This document shows positions 10,783 to 18,643 of a stretch of DNA of 59,481 nucleotides, piece by piece. Under the pieces are notes generated by a model. The model had not been told where the DNA came from. It searched no databases and saw only the letters and a list, made by a program, of their open reading frames with translations. The first letter of the stretch is position 1; every line of letters starts with the position of its first letter. The translations under genes and the position numbers were made by a program. Source of the DNA: Verrucomicrobiota bacterium (GTDB taxonomy: Bacteria; Verrucomicrobiota; Verrucomicrobiia; Verrucomicrobiales; Akkermansiaceae); NCBI GenBank assembly GCA_037141475.1, contig JBAXCM010000001.1, forward strand, positions 1-59,481, given 5' to 3'.

Positions 10783-11565
10783 TCAGGGCTTGCCCCCGGC
10801 AGCCGCCTGTGGATTGGCTAACTTGGCGGCACTTAGCTGGATACCGTTGTACGCCTGCCAACCGATCCGTGCCTTGAGGAGGGCATCTGCCTGAGGTTGG
10901 GATTGTTGCCAACGCTCCAAATAGTCCGGGCTGGCCGGATCTTGGTTTTCCCCTCCGATCCATTCAACAAATTGCCCGGCTGTCTGGTCGATAGCCTGGT
11001 GCTGGATATCAGACAGAGGCAGTTGTGCGGCAGCAGCTTCTTGCAGGGCGGCGGGTATGGCTACCGATGGCTGGCCGTTGATGCCATCGGCTGCTGTGCT
11101 GGCGGTGCTTCCAATCGGAATGGGGGCATCTGGGGAGTCGGCCGCAAGCGCCTCAAAATGCCCGGAATTCAGGGTGTTGGAACCTTGCCGAAGGTGGGCA
11201 TTTCGCGAATGACGATGCTCGGTCGTGCTGCGGTCGGATTGCGTTGCGGCGGGGGCACCGGCATCAACGGCACCATTGGCCAGCGTCGAATCAGGAGAGC
11301 GGCTCAAGGGATGCCCGCGGGTGCTGCCACTAGCCGGGCGCTGAGGGGAAGATGTTCCACGGGTCGTTGTTTCAATCGATAAATCCAGTCGCGCAGGTGG
11401 CGAATGCAAGCCATCCCGTGCCGTGGATCGAGTCTTCATGGGGGATTCCGCCTGGGCTCCTTCCGCAGAGCGGTTCGCACCCTGGAACCAAATGAAGGCA
11501 GCGAGCACCGCCGCACTGAGAAGCACAACGATGGCGATGGCACGAGTCATATAAAACGATTTCAT
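10783..11565 (-). CDS. Hypothetical single-pass membrane/secreted protein
   Basis: N-terminal hydrophobic helix (AIAIVVLLSAAVLAAFIWF), a low-complexity linker and a helical C-terminal domain (DPASPDYLERWQQSQ...). Same strand as the upstream cluster. Confidence 0.65.
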   Translation of the reverse strand: MKSFYMTRAIAIVVLLSAAVLAAFIWFQGANRSAEGAQAESPMKTRSTARDGLHSPPARLDLSIETTTRGTSSPQRPASGSTRGHPLSRSPDSTLANGAVDAGAPAATQSDRSTTEHRHSRNAHLRQGSNTLNSGHFEALAADSPDAPIPIGSTASTAADGINGQPSVAIPAALQEAAAAQLPLSDIQHQAIDQTAGQFVEWIGGENQDPASPDYLERWQQSQPQADALLKARIGWQAYNGIQLSAAKLANPQAAAGGKP

Positions 11566-11671
11566 TATCTAGCGAGGCGCTGGTTGAGGCCCCAATTCAG
11601 TCTTCAAAAATCTCCAGTGGGCTAGAGTGGCAGCCGGATCTGCCTTGGCTTTGCCACTTATGCCGGGCGGT

Positions 11672-11709
11672 AAAAAAAGGGCCGACGCGGAAGGCTCTTC
11701 CGCGTCGGC
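11672..11709 (-). terminator. Rho-independent terminator downstream of the PstS-like gene
   Basis: 13-bp perfect stem GCCGACGCGGAAG/CTTCCGCGTCGGC with a 3-nt loop, followed on the minus strand by a 7-nt U-tract (A run at 11672-11678). Confidence 0.85.
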
Positions 11710-11759
11710 TTTGATATATCATTCGGCATGCCTATGTTAGGCCAGTTTGCCGGAAGATG

Positions 11760-12944
11760 TTATTGGCCGACGGTGCCGCCGTCCGAACCACGGCTCACAT
11801 TCATGGTGCTGAGGAGGATGCCGGACGTCGAAGCATCGACGACCTTAATCTGCGTGGCGAGACTTTGGGCAACTGCCTTGACATTGTCAGGAGCAGACGT
11901 TTTGAACGCCAGATGCTCGTAGCCCCAGAATGTGTACTGGCCATTCCGGACGGCATCAGGGCTAAAAGTCACACCGTTGTAAGTGAGTTCCTTCGCATTG
12001 CCCACACCGGCACCCGTTGAGCCAGCACCCGTAAGAGCACGGTTCGAATCCCCGAGGCTCAGATAGGTCACATAGTAACCACCGATTGCGTTCGTTGTGT
12101 AGCGCATTGCGTCTGCCAAGCTGCCACCGCTAGAATAGCCGCCGTTACCCGCAATGACGCTCAGGCCAAGCAGGTTGTATGGGCTCCAATAGGCATGAGA
12201 GGCAACGGTCGAACCGGAGAACGTCGGCTGATATTGCAAAACAGGCAGCGAGGTACCCACGCCGGTTTCCGCTAGAGCGGTGAGGCGGGTGCCGGAGTCG
12301 AAGTCACGACCAATCGCAAACACACTGATCCCCAAATCGCCCGCCAATCCGGTGAAGGAGGCCAGGGTCGTCGATCCAGTCGGAAACAGGGCCTGGGCAA
12401 TTTGCGGCGTCATGTTGGCCAAACCGGCTGGAGCACCGGTGCTGGCAATCCACTTGAATGGCACAACTCCCACCGGGCTATCTGCTGCTTCGGTAAGATT
12501 GCCAACCGGAATGGTAACCGAGCTGGTGTACACATCGCTCAGCGCGATCAGCGGCACTTCCGAAGCCACACCGCTGGGTAAGCCGGACGTGCCAGCACCA
12601 GCAGAAGTGGTGGCCGAGTCTGCGAGGAAATTGACGCTGAGGCCGTCATTGACCGACTGATATCCCCCGACCGAACCGGAGAAGGCCGTCTTGATGATCA
12701 CCGGGACGTTGCCGCTCATCGTGGTACCGATAAAGATTGCTTGGCTCGCCGAGCCCAGTGATGAGCCCGTGAAGCCAAAGGTGTAACCGGGAACGAGGAT
12801 GTTGCCGATGGCATTGTGGGTCGAACCACGGAATGCGCTCGAACCGGTGATGCGCACAACGGTGGCGGGGGGCGGGGTCGCGCTAGCGACTCCTGCGAGG
12901 GTCAGAGCGGCAAGTCCGAAGATAAATGCTTTGTTTGTTTTCAT
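11760..12944 (-). CDS. Secreted PstS/DING-like phosphate-binding-fold protein
   Basis: Start reassigned to ATG 12944 (MKTNKAFIFGLAALTLAGVASA, a signal peptide). Motifs RITGSSAF, GRDFDSGTR, VTYLS and NGV...VRNGQYTFWGYE resemble PstS-family motifs (GSS, RxxxSGT, IGY, GxYP). Confidence 0.7.
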   Translation of the reverse strand: MKTNKAFIFGLAALTLAGVASATPPPATVVRITGSSAFRGSTHNAIGNILVPGYTFGFTGSSLGSASQAIFIGTTMSGNVPVIIKTAFSGSVGGYQSVNDGLSVNFLADSATTSAGAGTSGLPSGVASEVPLIALSDVYTSSVTIPVGNLTEAADSPVGVVPFKWIASTGAPAGLANMTPQIAQALFPTGSTTLASFTGLAGDLGISVFAIGRDFDSGTRLTALAETGVGTSLPVLQYQPTFSGSTVASHAYWSPYNLLGLSVIAGNGGYSSGGSLADAMRYTTNAIGGYYVTYLSLGDSNRALTGAGSTGAGVGNAKELTYNGVTFSPDAVRNGQYTFWGYEHLAFKTSAPDNVKAVAQSLATQIKVVDASTSGILLSTMNVSRGSDGGTVGQ

Positions 12945-13014
12945 AATGGTGTTGGTAGTGTTGCTTTGTGTTGCTTGTTTGGTAATGGAATATGTGTGTC
13001 TGTTGATGGGAGAA

Positions 13015-13812
13015 TTAAGCTTGGTTGCGGCGGCGACGCAGCATGAGGCTTCCAAGGCCGAGGCTGGCAATGAGCAAGGAGCTGGGTTCCGGGATAACCG
13101 TGACGGCTCCGCCAGCGTCAATGCTCAGTGTGCCGAGATAGGAACTGGTGTTGGCCGTATCGGTGCGAAACAGATCCAGTGGCTGGGCTAGAGTGCCTTC
13201 GATGCCACCGTTGATTTGCTTGAACGCAGTCGAACTCGTGCTGTTGGTGCCACCCAATTGGAAGCTCCTCCAGCTGGCAGCATCCGTGTTGGCTTGGATC
13301 ACCAGTGCTGGGTTGTTCAAGCTTGCCTGATAGGTGCTGAAGCCATTCGTCGAGCCTTCCAACCCCATCATGGTGGTGGAAACAATGCCACGGTTGGTAT
13401 TGCTGAGGGCAAGGCCGCTGCCAACCGACCCATTGGTCTCCGGCTTTGACGCATAAACCGTCTTGGCAGTGTCGCCACCCACAGCGGCTACATTCGACGG
13501 GCTGCCGGCGATGCCCCAGCGCATGTTCGGATTGGTAGCCCAGCCAGGGCCGAAAGCAGCCACCAAATCGGTGTTGATATCTCCGAGACTGAGCGTGACG
13601 CCTTGGGTGGGAGTGTAGCCGAGAGTGTCATCACGATAGCTGGCAGCGCTGCCGATATCAACCACCACACTTTGGGTGCCTGTGACATCACGAAAGCCTA
13701 GCAGCAAATCGCCGACGTTGAAGTTGACCAGCGCCGCCTGAGCGGAACCCGCCATAAGGACGGTACCGAGGATGGCACCGGGGATGTTGAATCTATTTAC
13801 TTGATGTTTCAT
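13015..13812 (-). CDS. PEP-CTERM sorting-domain surface protein
   Basis: Signal peptide from ATG 13812. The C-terminus VIPEPSSLLIASLGLGSLMLRRRR is a canonical PEP-CTERM signal (PEP motif, TM helix, basic cluster). Confidence 0.92.
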   Translation of the reverse strand: MKHQVNRFNIPGAILGTVLMAGSAQAALVNFNVGDLLLGFRDVTGTQSVVVDIGSAASYRDDTLGYTPTQGVTLSLGDINTDLVAAFGPGWATNPNMRWGIAGSPSNVAAVGGDTAKTVYASKPETNGSVGSGLALSNTNRGIVSTTMMGLEGSTNGFSTYQASLNNPALVIQANTDAASWRSFQLGGTNSTSSTAFKQINGGIEGTLAQPLDLFRTDTANTSSYLGTLSIDAGGAVTVIPEPSSLLIASLGLGSLMLRRRRNQA

Positions 13813-13929
13813 TTGTTGTGTTATTTTCAATTCAGATTGAGCAAGTGATTCGATAGGCCATTTCTGGTTTTTCGTTCGCGCTGCCCCGTCAGGCTAAAGT
13901 AACGTCATGCAAATTGGACATTGGATAAG

Positions 13930-13947
13930 TGTGACATGTCTGTCACA
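13930..13947. promoter_or_regulatory. Candidate operator TGTGACA-N4-TGTCACA, copy 1
   Basis: TGTGACA-TGTC-TGTCACA is a perfect inverted repeat about 118 bp upstream of the PEP-CTERM gene start. Confidence 0.6.
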
Positions 13948-13966
13948 CAACCAGACAAACCTATAG

Positions 13967-15091
13967 TTATTGATTGACCTGCAAACGGGTGAACAACCTG
14001 CCGCCTGCCCCAGCGTTGGAACGGGGAATCGTAACGGTCACGGTTTCGGGATTGCTACCATTTGTCACGACATTGACGGCACCAGCTGAGGCGGAACCGA
14101 CCGGAATGGACGTCCATGTGGACAGATCTGTGGACCACTGAACGAATTGAGTGGTATCGCTTTTTGAGGCGACGCTGCGGCTGAAAGACAAGTAAATATG
14201 GGTCGCGTCTGATGTCTGAACCGGCAGGATCGAGGTACTTGCGGCGAGTGGATCGCCACCCAGGACATACTCCATCAGATTGCTGATGCCATCGTTGTCA
14301 GGGTCTTGGTTGGCTCCGTTATTAGCAGCGGTGAGTTTCATTGTGGTGGCCCAAGCCGCATATCCGCTGCCCGCTGAAGGCCCGGTATAACTGATGACAC
14401 CGGTGGCGTTGATGCTAAAGCTGCCCACATAGGTGCCGGCCGTCGTGCTGGTGATGCGAAACAAATCCAGCGGTTTGGCAAGTGTGCCTTCGATGCCGCC
14501 ATTGAACACCTTGAACGCGGTGGAACCCGTGCTGTTCGCACCGCCCGGCTGAAACGATGACCACCAGTTGACAGTGGTGCTGTCTTGGACCGCCAAGCGG
14601 GCATTGCCTGACGATGCGTTAGAGAGTGAGAAGCCGCCGCTACCCGCGTAGCCTTCCATGCCCATCATGGCGGTGGAGGCGATACCACGGTTTGTGACGC
14701 TGATTGCCCAGCCGGTGACTGGAGTACCAGGGGTCACCTCAGCCTTAGAAGCATAAACGGTTTTGGCGGTGTCGCCGTTGAAGTCAGCAGAGTTGGATGG
14801 GCTGCAGGCGATACCCCAGAAGATATCGGTCCGGCTGGCCCAGTTAGGTCCGAATTGAGCCACCATATCGGTGTTGATATCACCGAGACTCAGATTTCCC
14901 GAGGCCACTGTGTGGTCACGGAAGCCTGCGGCGCTTCCCAGATTGACGAGAACATTGCGGTCAGCACCGGTGCCACCGCTGGCACGGAACCCTACAATCA
15001 AATCGCCTTGATTGTAGGTGGGAGTAGCGGCAAAGGCGCCTGATGCGGTGAACAGAAGGGCACTATAGATTGTCAGGTTGATGTGTTTCAT
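13967..15091 (-). CDS. Secreted protein paralogous to the adjacent PEP-CTERM protein but ending in a verrucomicrobial-type C-terminal domain
   Basis: Start at ATG 15091 (MKHINLTIYSALLFTASGAFA, a signal peptide). Shares blocks LSLGDINTD, GDTAKTVYASK, TNRGI, STAFK and NGGIEGTLAxPLDLFR with 13015-13812. Ends in YAAWA...DPDNDGISNLMEYVLGGDP...RLFTRLQVNQ. Confidence 0.85.
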   Translation of the reverse strand: MKHINLTIYSALLFTASGAFAATPTYNQGDLIVGFRASGGTGADRNVLVNLGSAAGFRDHTVASGNLSLGDINTDMVAQFGPNWASRTDIFWGIACSPSNSADFNGDTAKTVYASKAEVTPGTPVTGWAISVTNRGIASTAMMGMEGYAGSGGFSLSNASSGNARLAVQDSTTVNWWSSFQPGGANSTGSTAFKVFNGGIEGTLAKPLDLFRITSTTAGTYVGSFSINATGVISYTGPSAGSGYAAWATTMKLTAANNGANQDPDNDGISNLMEYVLGGDPLAASTSILPVQTSDATHIYLSFSRSVASKSDTTQFVQWSTDLSTWTSIPVGSASAGAVNVVTNGSNPETVTVTIPRSNAGAGGRLFTRLQVNQ

Positions 15092-15180
15092 GATCGGTAG
15101 ATAGACATGGAGCGTCCGCCTGCAAGGCAAGCGGTGGGCAGATTGAACATGACCGCCCCCAATGACCGGAAGAGCCCTAT

Positions 15181-15198
15181 TGTGACAATAATGTCACA
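15181..15198. promoter_or_regulatory. Candidate operator TGTGACA-N4-TGTCACA, copy 2
   Basis: TGTGACA-ATAA-TGTCACA is a perfect inverted repeat 90 bp upstream of ATG 15091, in a divergent intergenic region. Confidence 0.6.
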
Positions 15199-15311
15199 TT
15201 GCCAAGTCGCTCTCGCGTGCCTCGGAGGTCGGATGGGTGCCCCCAATGTGAAGAAATTGAAACAATAATCTTCTTGAGGGTGGAGGGGAGACTGGCATTT
15301 TGACGCATCGT

Positions 15312-15551
15312 ATGAATACGAATACCAAGACCCCAAGCGGCGTGGGCATAGTGAGCCGCATCAAATCATCGGGACCATGCGACGAGCGGCCGCCGGATCG
15401 CGAAGTGCGTCGTCTGCACGGCCTGAGTGCCGATGTAGGTGCCGCCTGCAGTGCATGGTTAGTCAGCCGGGGAATCAAGACCCGGTCGTGGGGAGACTTC
15501 AACGTGAGCAGATACCCCCGCAAACGGCCGAAGCTTGAGGTTTACGATTGA
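15312..15551 (+). CDS. Possible small hypothetical protein (79 aa)
   Basis: ATG 15312 lies about 20 nt downstream of a purine-rich GGAGGGGAG. The ORF fills the gap before the olsF-like gene. No recognisable domain. Confidence 0.3.
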   Translation: MNTNTKTPSGVGIVSRIKSSGPCDERPPDREVRRLHGLSADVGAACSAWLVSRGIKTRSWGDFNVSRYPRKRPKLEVYD

Positions 15552-15569
15552 TGTGACAATTTCGTCGCA
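15552..15569. promoter_or_regulatory. Candidate operator, degenerate copy 3
   Basis: TGTGACA-ATTT-CGTCGCA (2 mismatches in the right half), 55 bp upstream of the olsF-like start. Confidence 0.5.
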
Positions 15570-15623
15570 AGAATTCACTGTGCCCGGCACCCGAAATCGT
15601 GGTGATTGGCATAGCGCAAGCCT

Positions 15624-17492
15624 ATGAACCCACCCACACCCTCCCGTTGGACTCTGGATCTATCGAATGCCATTCCGCTGTTGCGCGGTGGCCCAGCCCA
15701 GCTGCTGAAGAAGCCTGCCGAAGATTTGCTAGGGCTCACCGCGATGAACCGGTTTCTCCAGAACCTCAATCCGGAGCAGGACCCCGCCACCATTTTTCAG
15801 CGGGCGTTGGATTTGCTGGCGCTACGCTATCGGATTGATCATGGCACCGTAGAGGCGATCCCGTGCACCGGTCCGGTGATTGTGGTGGCCAATCATCCGT
15901 TTGGAGGCGGCGACGCCTTGGTATTGGCACACCTGTTGGCCGCCCGCCGCAAAGATATGCGGATGCTCGCCAATAGTATGCTAGAGCGGATGGATGCAGT
16001 GCAACCGTGGCTCATCGGGGTGGATCCGTTTAGCGATGGGGCTACCTCGTCGCGTCGGAACATTGGGCCGATGAAGCAAGCTCTGACTCATCTGCGCAAC
16101 GGCGGATGCCTGGGGATTTTTCCCGCTGGTGAGGTCTCGTCGTTTTCGCCGCAACACGGCACGATTCTGGACAAACCCTGGTCGAAACACGTCGCCGCCT
16201 TGGTTCGCAAGACCGGTGCCACCGTGGTACCGATCTGTTTCACCGGAGCTAACAGCTGGCTTTTTCAAGTAGCGGGTTTGATGCATCCGCTGCTGCGCAC
16301 CGCTCTGTTGCCGCACGAATTTTTACGCTGGCAAGGCAAGGAGATCACCCTGCGGATTGGAAAACCCATGCCCGCCTCCACTTGGTCAGTGAATCAGGAC
16401 GACCAATGGGTGGTTGATGCCATGCGGCTGCGTGTAGACCTACTAGGGGACAAGCGCCGGGCACCGCGCAGCCCGCAGCGGATGCCCAACCTGCTGCCAA
16501 GGTCATGGCGCAAGACCACCGGGGAGCCCAATCCTGTGGCACCGGCAGGGGATCCGGCGGTGCTTGCCAGCGAGATTGCCAGCTTGCCGGGAGACGGCTT
16601 GCTCGCCGCTCACGGGGACCTGGAGGTATGGGTCTCTGGGGCCGAGGCCATACCTAACATACTAGACGAAATTGGCCGCTTGCGGGAGTTGGCATTTCGA
16701 AATGTTGGCGAAGGCACCGGACGGGCCCGCGACTTGGATGCGTTCGATACTCACTACCGGCACCTGTTTCTATGGAATGCTTCCACCCGGGAAATCGCCG
16801 GGGCGTACCGCATGGGTTTGAGCGACGAGTTATTAGCCCGCAGTGGCCGCGACGGGTTTTATACCCACACGTTATTCCGCTTTCACCCGTCATTTTTGAA
16901 GCAGCTTGGGCCGAGTCTTGAGCTGGGCCGCTCGTTTGTGACCGCCGCCTATCAGCGCAAGCCGTATTCGTTGTTCTTGTTATGGAAGGGGATTGGGCAT
17001 TTCGTTGCGCGTCATCCGCGTTACCGCACCTTGTTTGGTCCCGTGAGCATCAGCAGTGACTATTCGATGGCATCGCGTTCCTTGATGGTGGAGTTTCTCC
17101 GACAACATCATGGCGACGCGGCGATGGAAGAATTGGTGAGGCCCCGCAACCCGTTCCGCCCGGCACCCCGCTTGCGCCGTCAACATGCCCAAATCGCCGC
17201 AGGCTTGAAATCTATCGACGAAGTCTCATCTCTGGTCGCAGGAATGGAGCGAGACGGTAAGGGCTTGCCTGTGCTGTTGCGCCAATACGTGGCTCTCAAT
17301 GCGGTGCTGCTCAAATTCAATGTGGACCCGCAGTTCTGCGATGCGCTTGACGGACTGGTGGTGGTGGACTTGCGGGCTGCCGATCCACGCATGATGACCC
17401 GCTACATGGGAGCGGCTGGCTGGCAGGAATTTTGCCAGATGTATCCTGCCCCGGCGCGAAAATCCAAAGGTAACCCGGCACTTGTGGATTGA
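15624..17492 (+). CDS. Bifunctional acyltransferase (PlsC-like O-acyltransferase + OlsB-like GNAT N-acyltransferase); OlsF-like amino/ornithine-lipid synthase
   Basis: N-terminal domain NHPFGGGD and GIFPAGEVS. C-terminal domain EIGRLRELAFRNVGEGTG, RDLDAFD, EIAGAYR and LELGRSFV. This is the OlsF/COG3176 domain order. Confidence 0.8.
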   Translation: MNPPTPSRWTLDLSNAIPLLRGGPAQLLKKPAEDLLGLTAMNRFLQNLNPEQDPATIFQRALDLLALRYRIDHGTVEAIPCTGPVIVVANHPFGGGDALVLAHLLAARRKDMRMLANSMLERMDAVQPWLIGVDPFSDGATSSRRNIGPMKQALTHLRNGGCLGIFPAGEVSSFSPQHGTILDKPWSKHVAALVRKTGATVVPICFTGANSWLFQVAGLMHPLLRTALLPHEFLRWQGKEITLRIGKPMPASTWSVNQDDQWVVDAMRLRVDLLGDKRRAPRSPQRMPNLLPRSWRKTTGEPNPVAPAGDPAVLASEIASLPGDGLLAAHGDLEVWVSGAEAIPNILDEIGRLRELAFRNVGEGTGRARDLDAFDTHYRHLFLWNASTREIAGAYRMGLSDELLARSGRDGFYTHTLFRFHPSFLKQLGPSLELGRSFVTAAYQRKPYSLFLLWKGIGHFVARHPRYRTLFGPVSISSDYSMASRSLMVEFLRQHHGDAAMEELVRPRNPFRPAPRLRRQHAQIAAGLKSIDEVSSLVAGMERDGKGLPVLLRQYVALNAVLLKFNVDPQFCDALDGLVVVDLRAADPRMMTRYMGAAGWQEFCQMYPAPARKSKGNPALVD

Positions 17493-18643
17493 TGCGCCTC
17501 AGCTTCGTCACTGATACTTTTCCGCCGGACGTCAATGGTGTGGCTAACACACTGCGGCGCCTTCAAAACATCCTGCGCCAACGGGGCCACGAAGTGGAAA
17601 CCATCGTTCCCGGTGACCTGCTGGACGCCGCTCTGATCCATGGCAGCATCGCCCCCGTGGATTCTTCCGCCAGGCTGCGCCTCGCCGCTCTGCCGCTGCC
17701 AGGATACAAGGGCTTGCGCATCGGACTGCCTGCCCGCGGCACGCTGGCCAAGCACTGGAGCCCCCGGCCCCCTGACGTGGTTTATGTGGCCACCGAGAGT
17801 TTGTTAGGCAGCTCTGCGATTGATGCTGCCGGCGACGTCGGATCCTGTGTGGTTTCCGGTTATCACACGAACTTCGACCAATACCTGCGCGACTATCATC
17901 TCCCGATGTTGGAGGATGTGGCAAATGCCTATTTGCGCAGACTGCACAACCGCACGCGAGCGACTTTCGCACCGTCGCCGGATGCCATCGATCGTCTGCG
18001 GGCCTTGGGGTTCAGCAATCTTAGAATGTTAGGACGGGGCGTCGATATTGTCCAATTTGATCCCGCCAAGCGCTGTGAGCGCCTGCGTGCCAGCTGGGGG
18101 GCTGGCGAGCAAGATACCGTCGCACTTTACGTCGGTCGCCTGGCACCGGAGAAAAACCTGCCGCTGGCGATGAGGGCGTTTGAGGTGATGGCTAGGCATG
18201 AAACCTCTCAGGGGCGGAATTTTCGGGCTGTGTTGGTAGGGGACGGTCCGCTACATGCGGAATTGCGGGCAGATGCCGGCCACTGGCGCTTTGCCGGAAC
18301 ACGCACTGGTGAGGAATTGGCCGTGCATTACGCCTCCGCAGATATCTTCATCTTTCCCAGCCTCACAGAAACCTTTGGCAACGTCGTCATCGAGGCCATG
18401 GCCAGCGGCCTCGTCACCGTCGCCTACGACTGCGCCGCCGCCGCAGTCCACCTGAAACATCAAGTCAACGGCTTGAGTGCCCCAATAGGGGATGAGACAG
18501 GATTCCTCGGCGTGTGCATCGCCGCGCTGGATCGCAACGGTTGGCCCGATTGGAGGCGCGAGGCCCGCCTCACTGCATCCCGCCTCACATGGTCCGAAGT
18601 GGTCTCCAACTTCGAAAAAGACCTGAGCGACCTCCTCTCGTGA
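17492..18643 (+). CDS. GT4 glycosyltransferase (Agt/SqdX-like; probable diacylglycerol glycosyltransferase)
   Basis: TDTFPPDVNGVANTL, YHTNFDQY, YVGRLAPEKN and FPSLTETFGNVVIEAMASG. TGATG translational coupling with the upstream gene. Confidence 0.85.
   Translation: MRLSFVTDTFPPDVNGVANTLRRLQNILRQRGHEVETIVPGDLLDAALIHGSIAPVDSSARLRLAALPLPGYKGLRIGLPARGTLAKHWSPRPPDVVYVATESLLGSSAIDAAGDVGSCVVSGYHTNFDQYLRDYHLPMLEDVANAYLRRLHNRTRATFAPSPDAIDRLRALGFSNLRMLGRGVDIVQFDPAKRCERLRASWGAGEQDTVALYVGRLAPEKNLPLAMRAFEVMARHETSQGRNFRAVLVGDGPLHAELRADAGHWRFAGTRTGEELAVHYASADIFIFPSLTETFGNVVIEAMASGLVTVAYDCAAAAVHLKHQVNGLSAPIGDETGFLGVCIAALDRNGWPDWRREARLTASRLTWSEVVSNFEKDLSDLLS

Noticed and set aside
12945-13121. N-terminal extension of the PstS-like ORF in the track
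   Set aside because: Overlaps the PEP-CTERM gene; the signal peptide begins at ATG 12944.
15607-15621. TGGCAT-N5-AAGC sigma-54-like site before the olsF-like gene
   Set aside because: It ends 2 nt before the ATG, which would put the transcription start inside the CDS.
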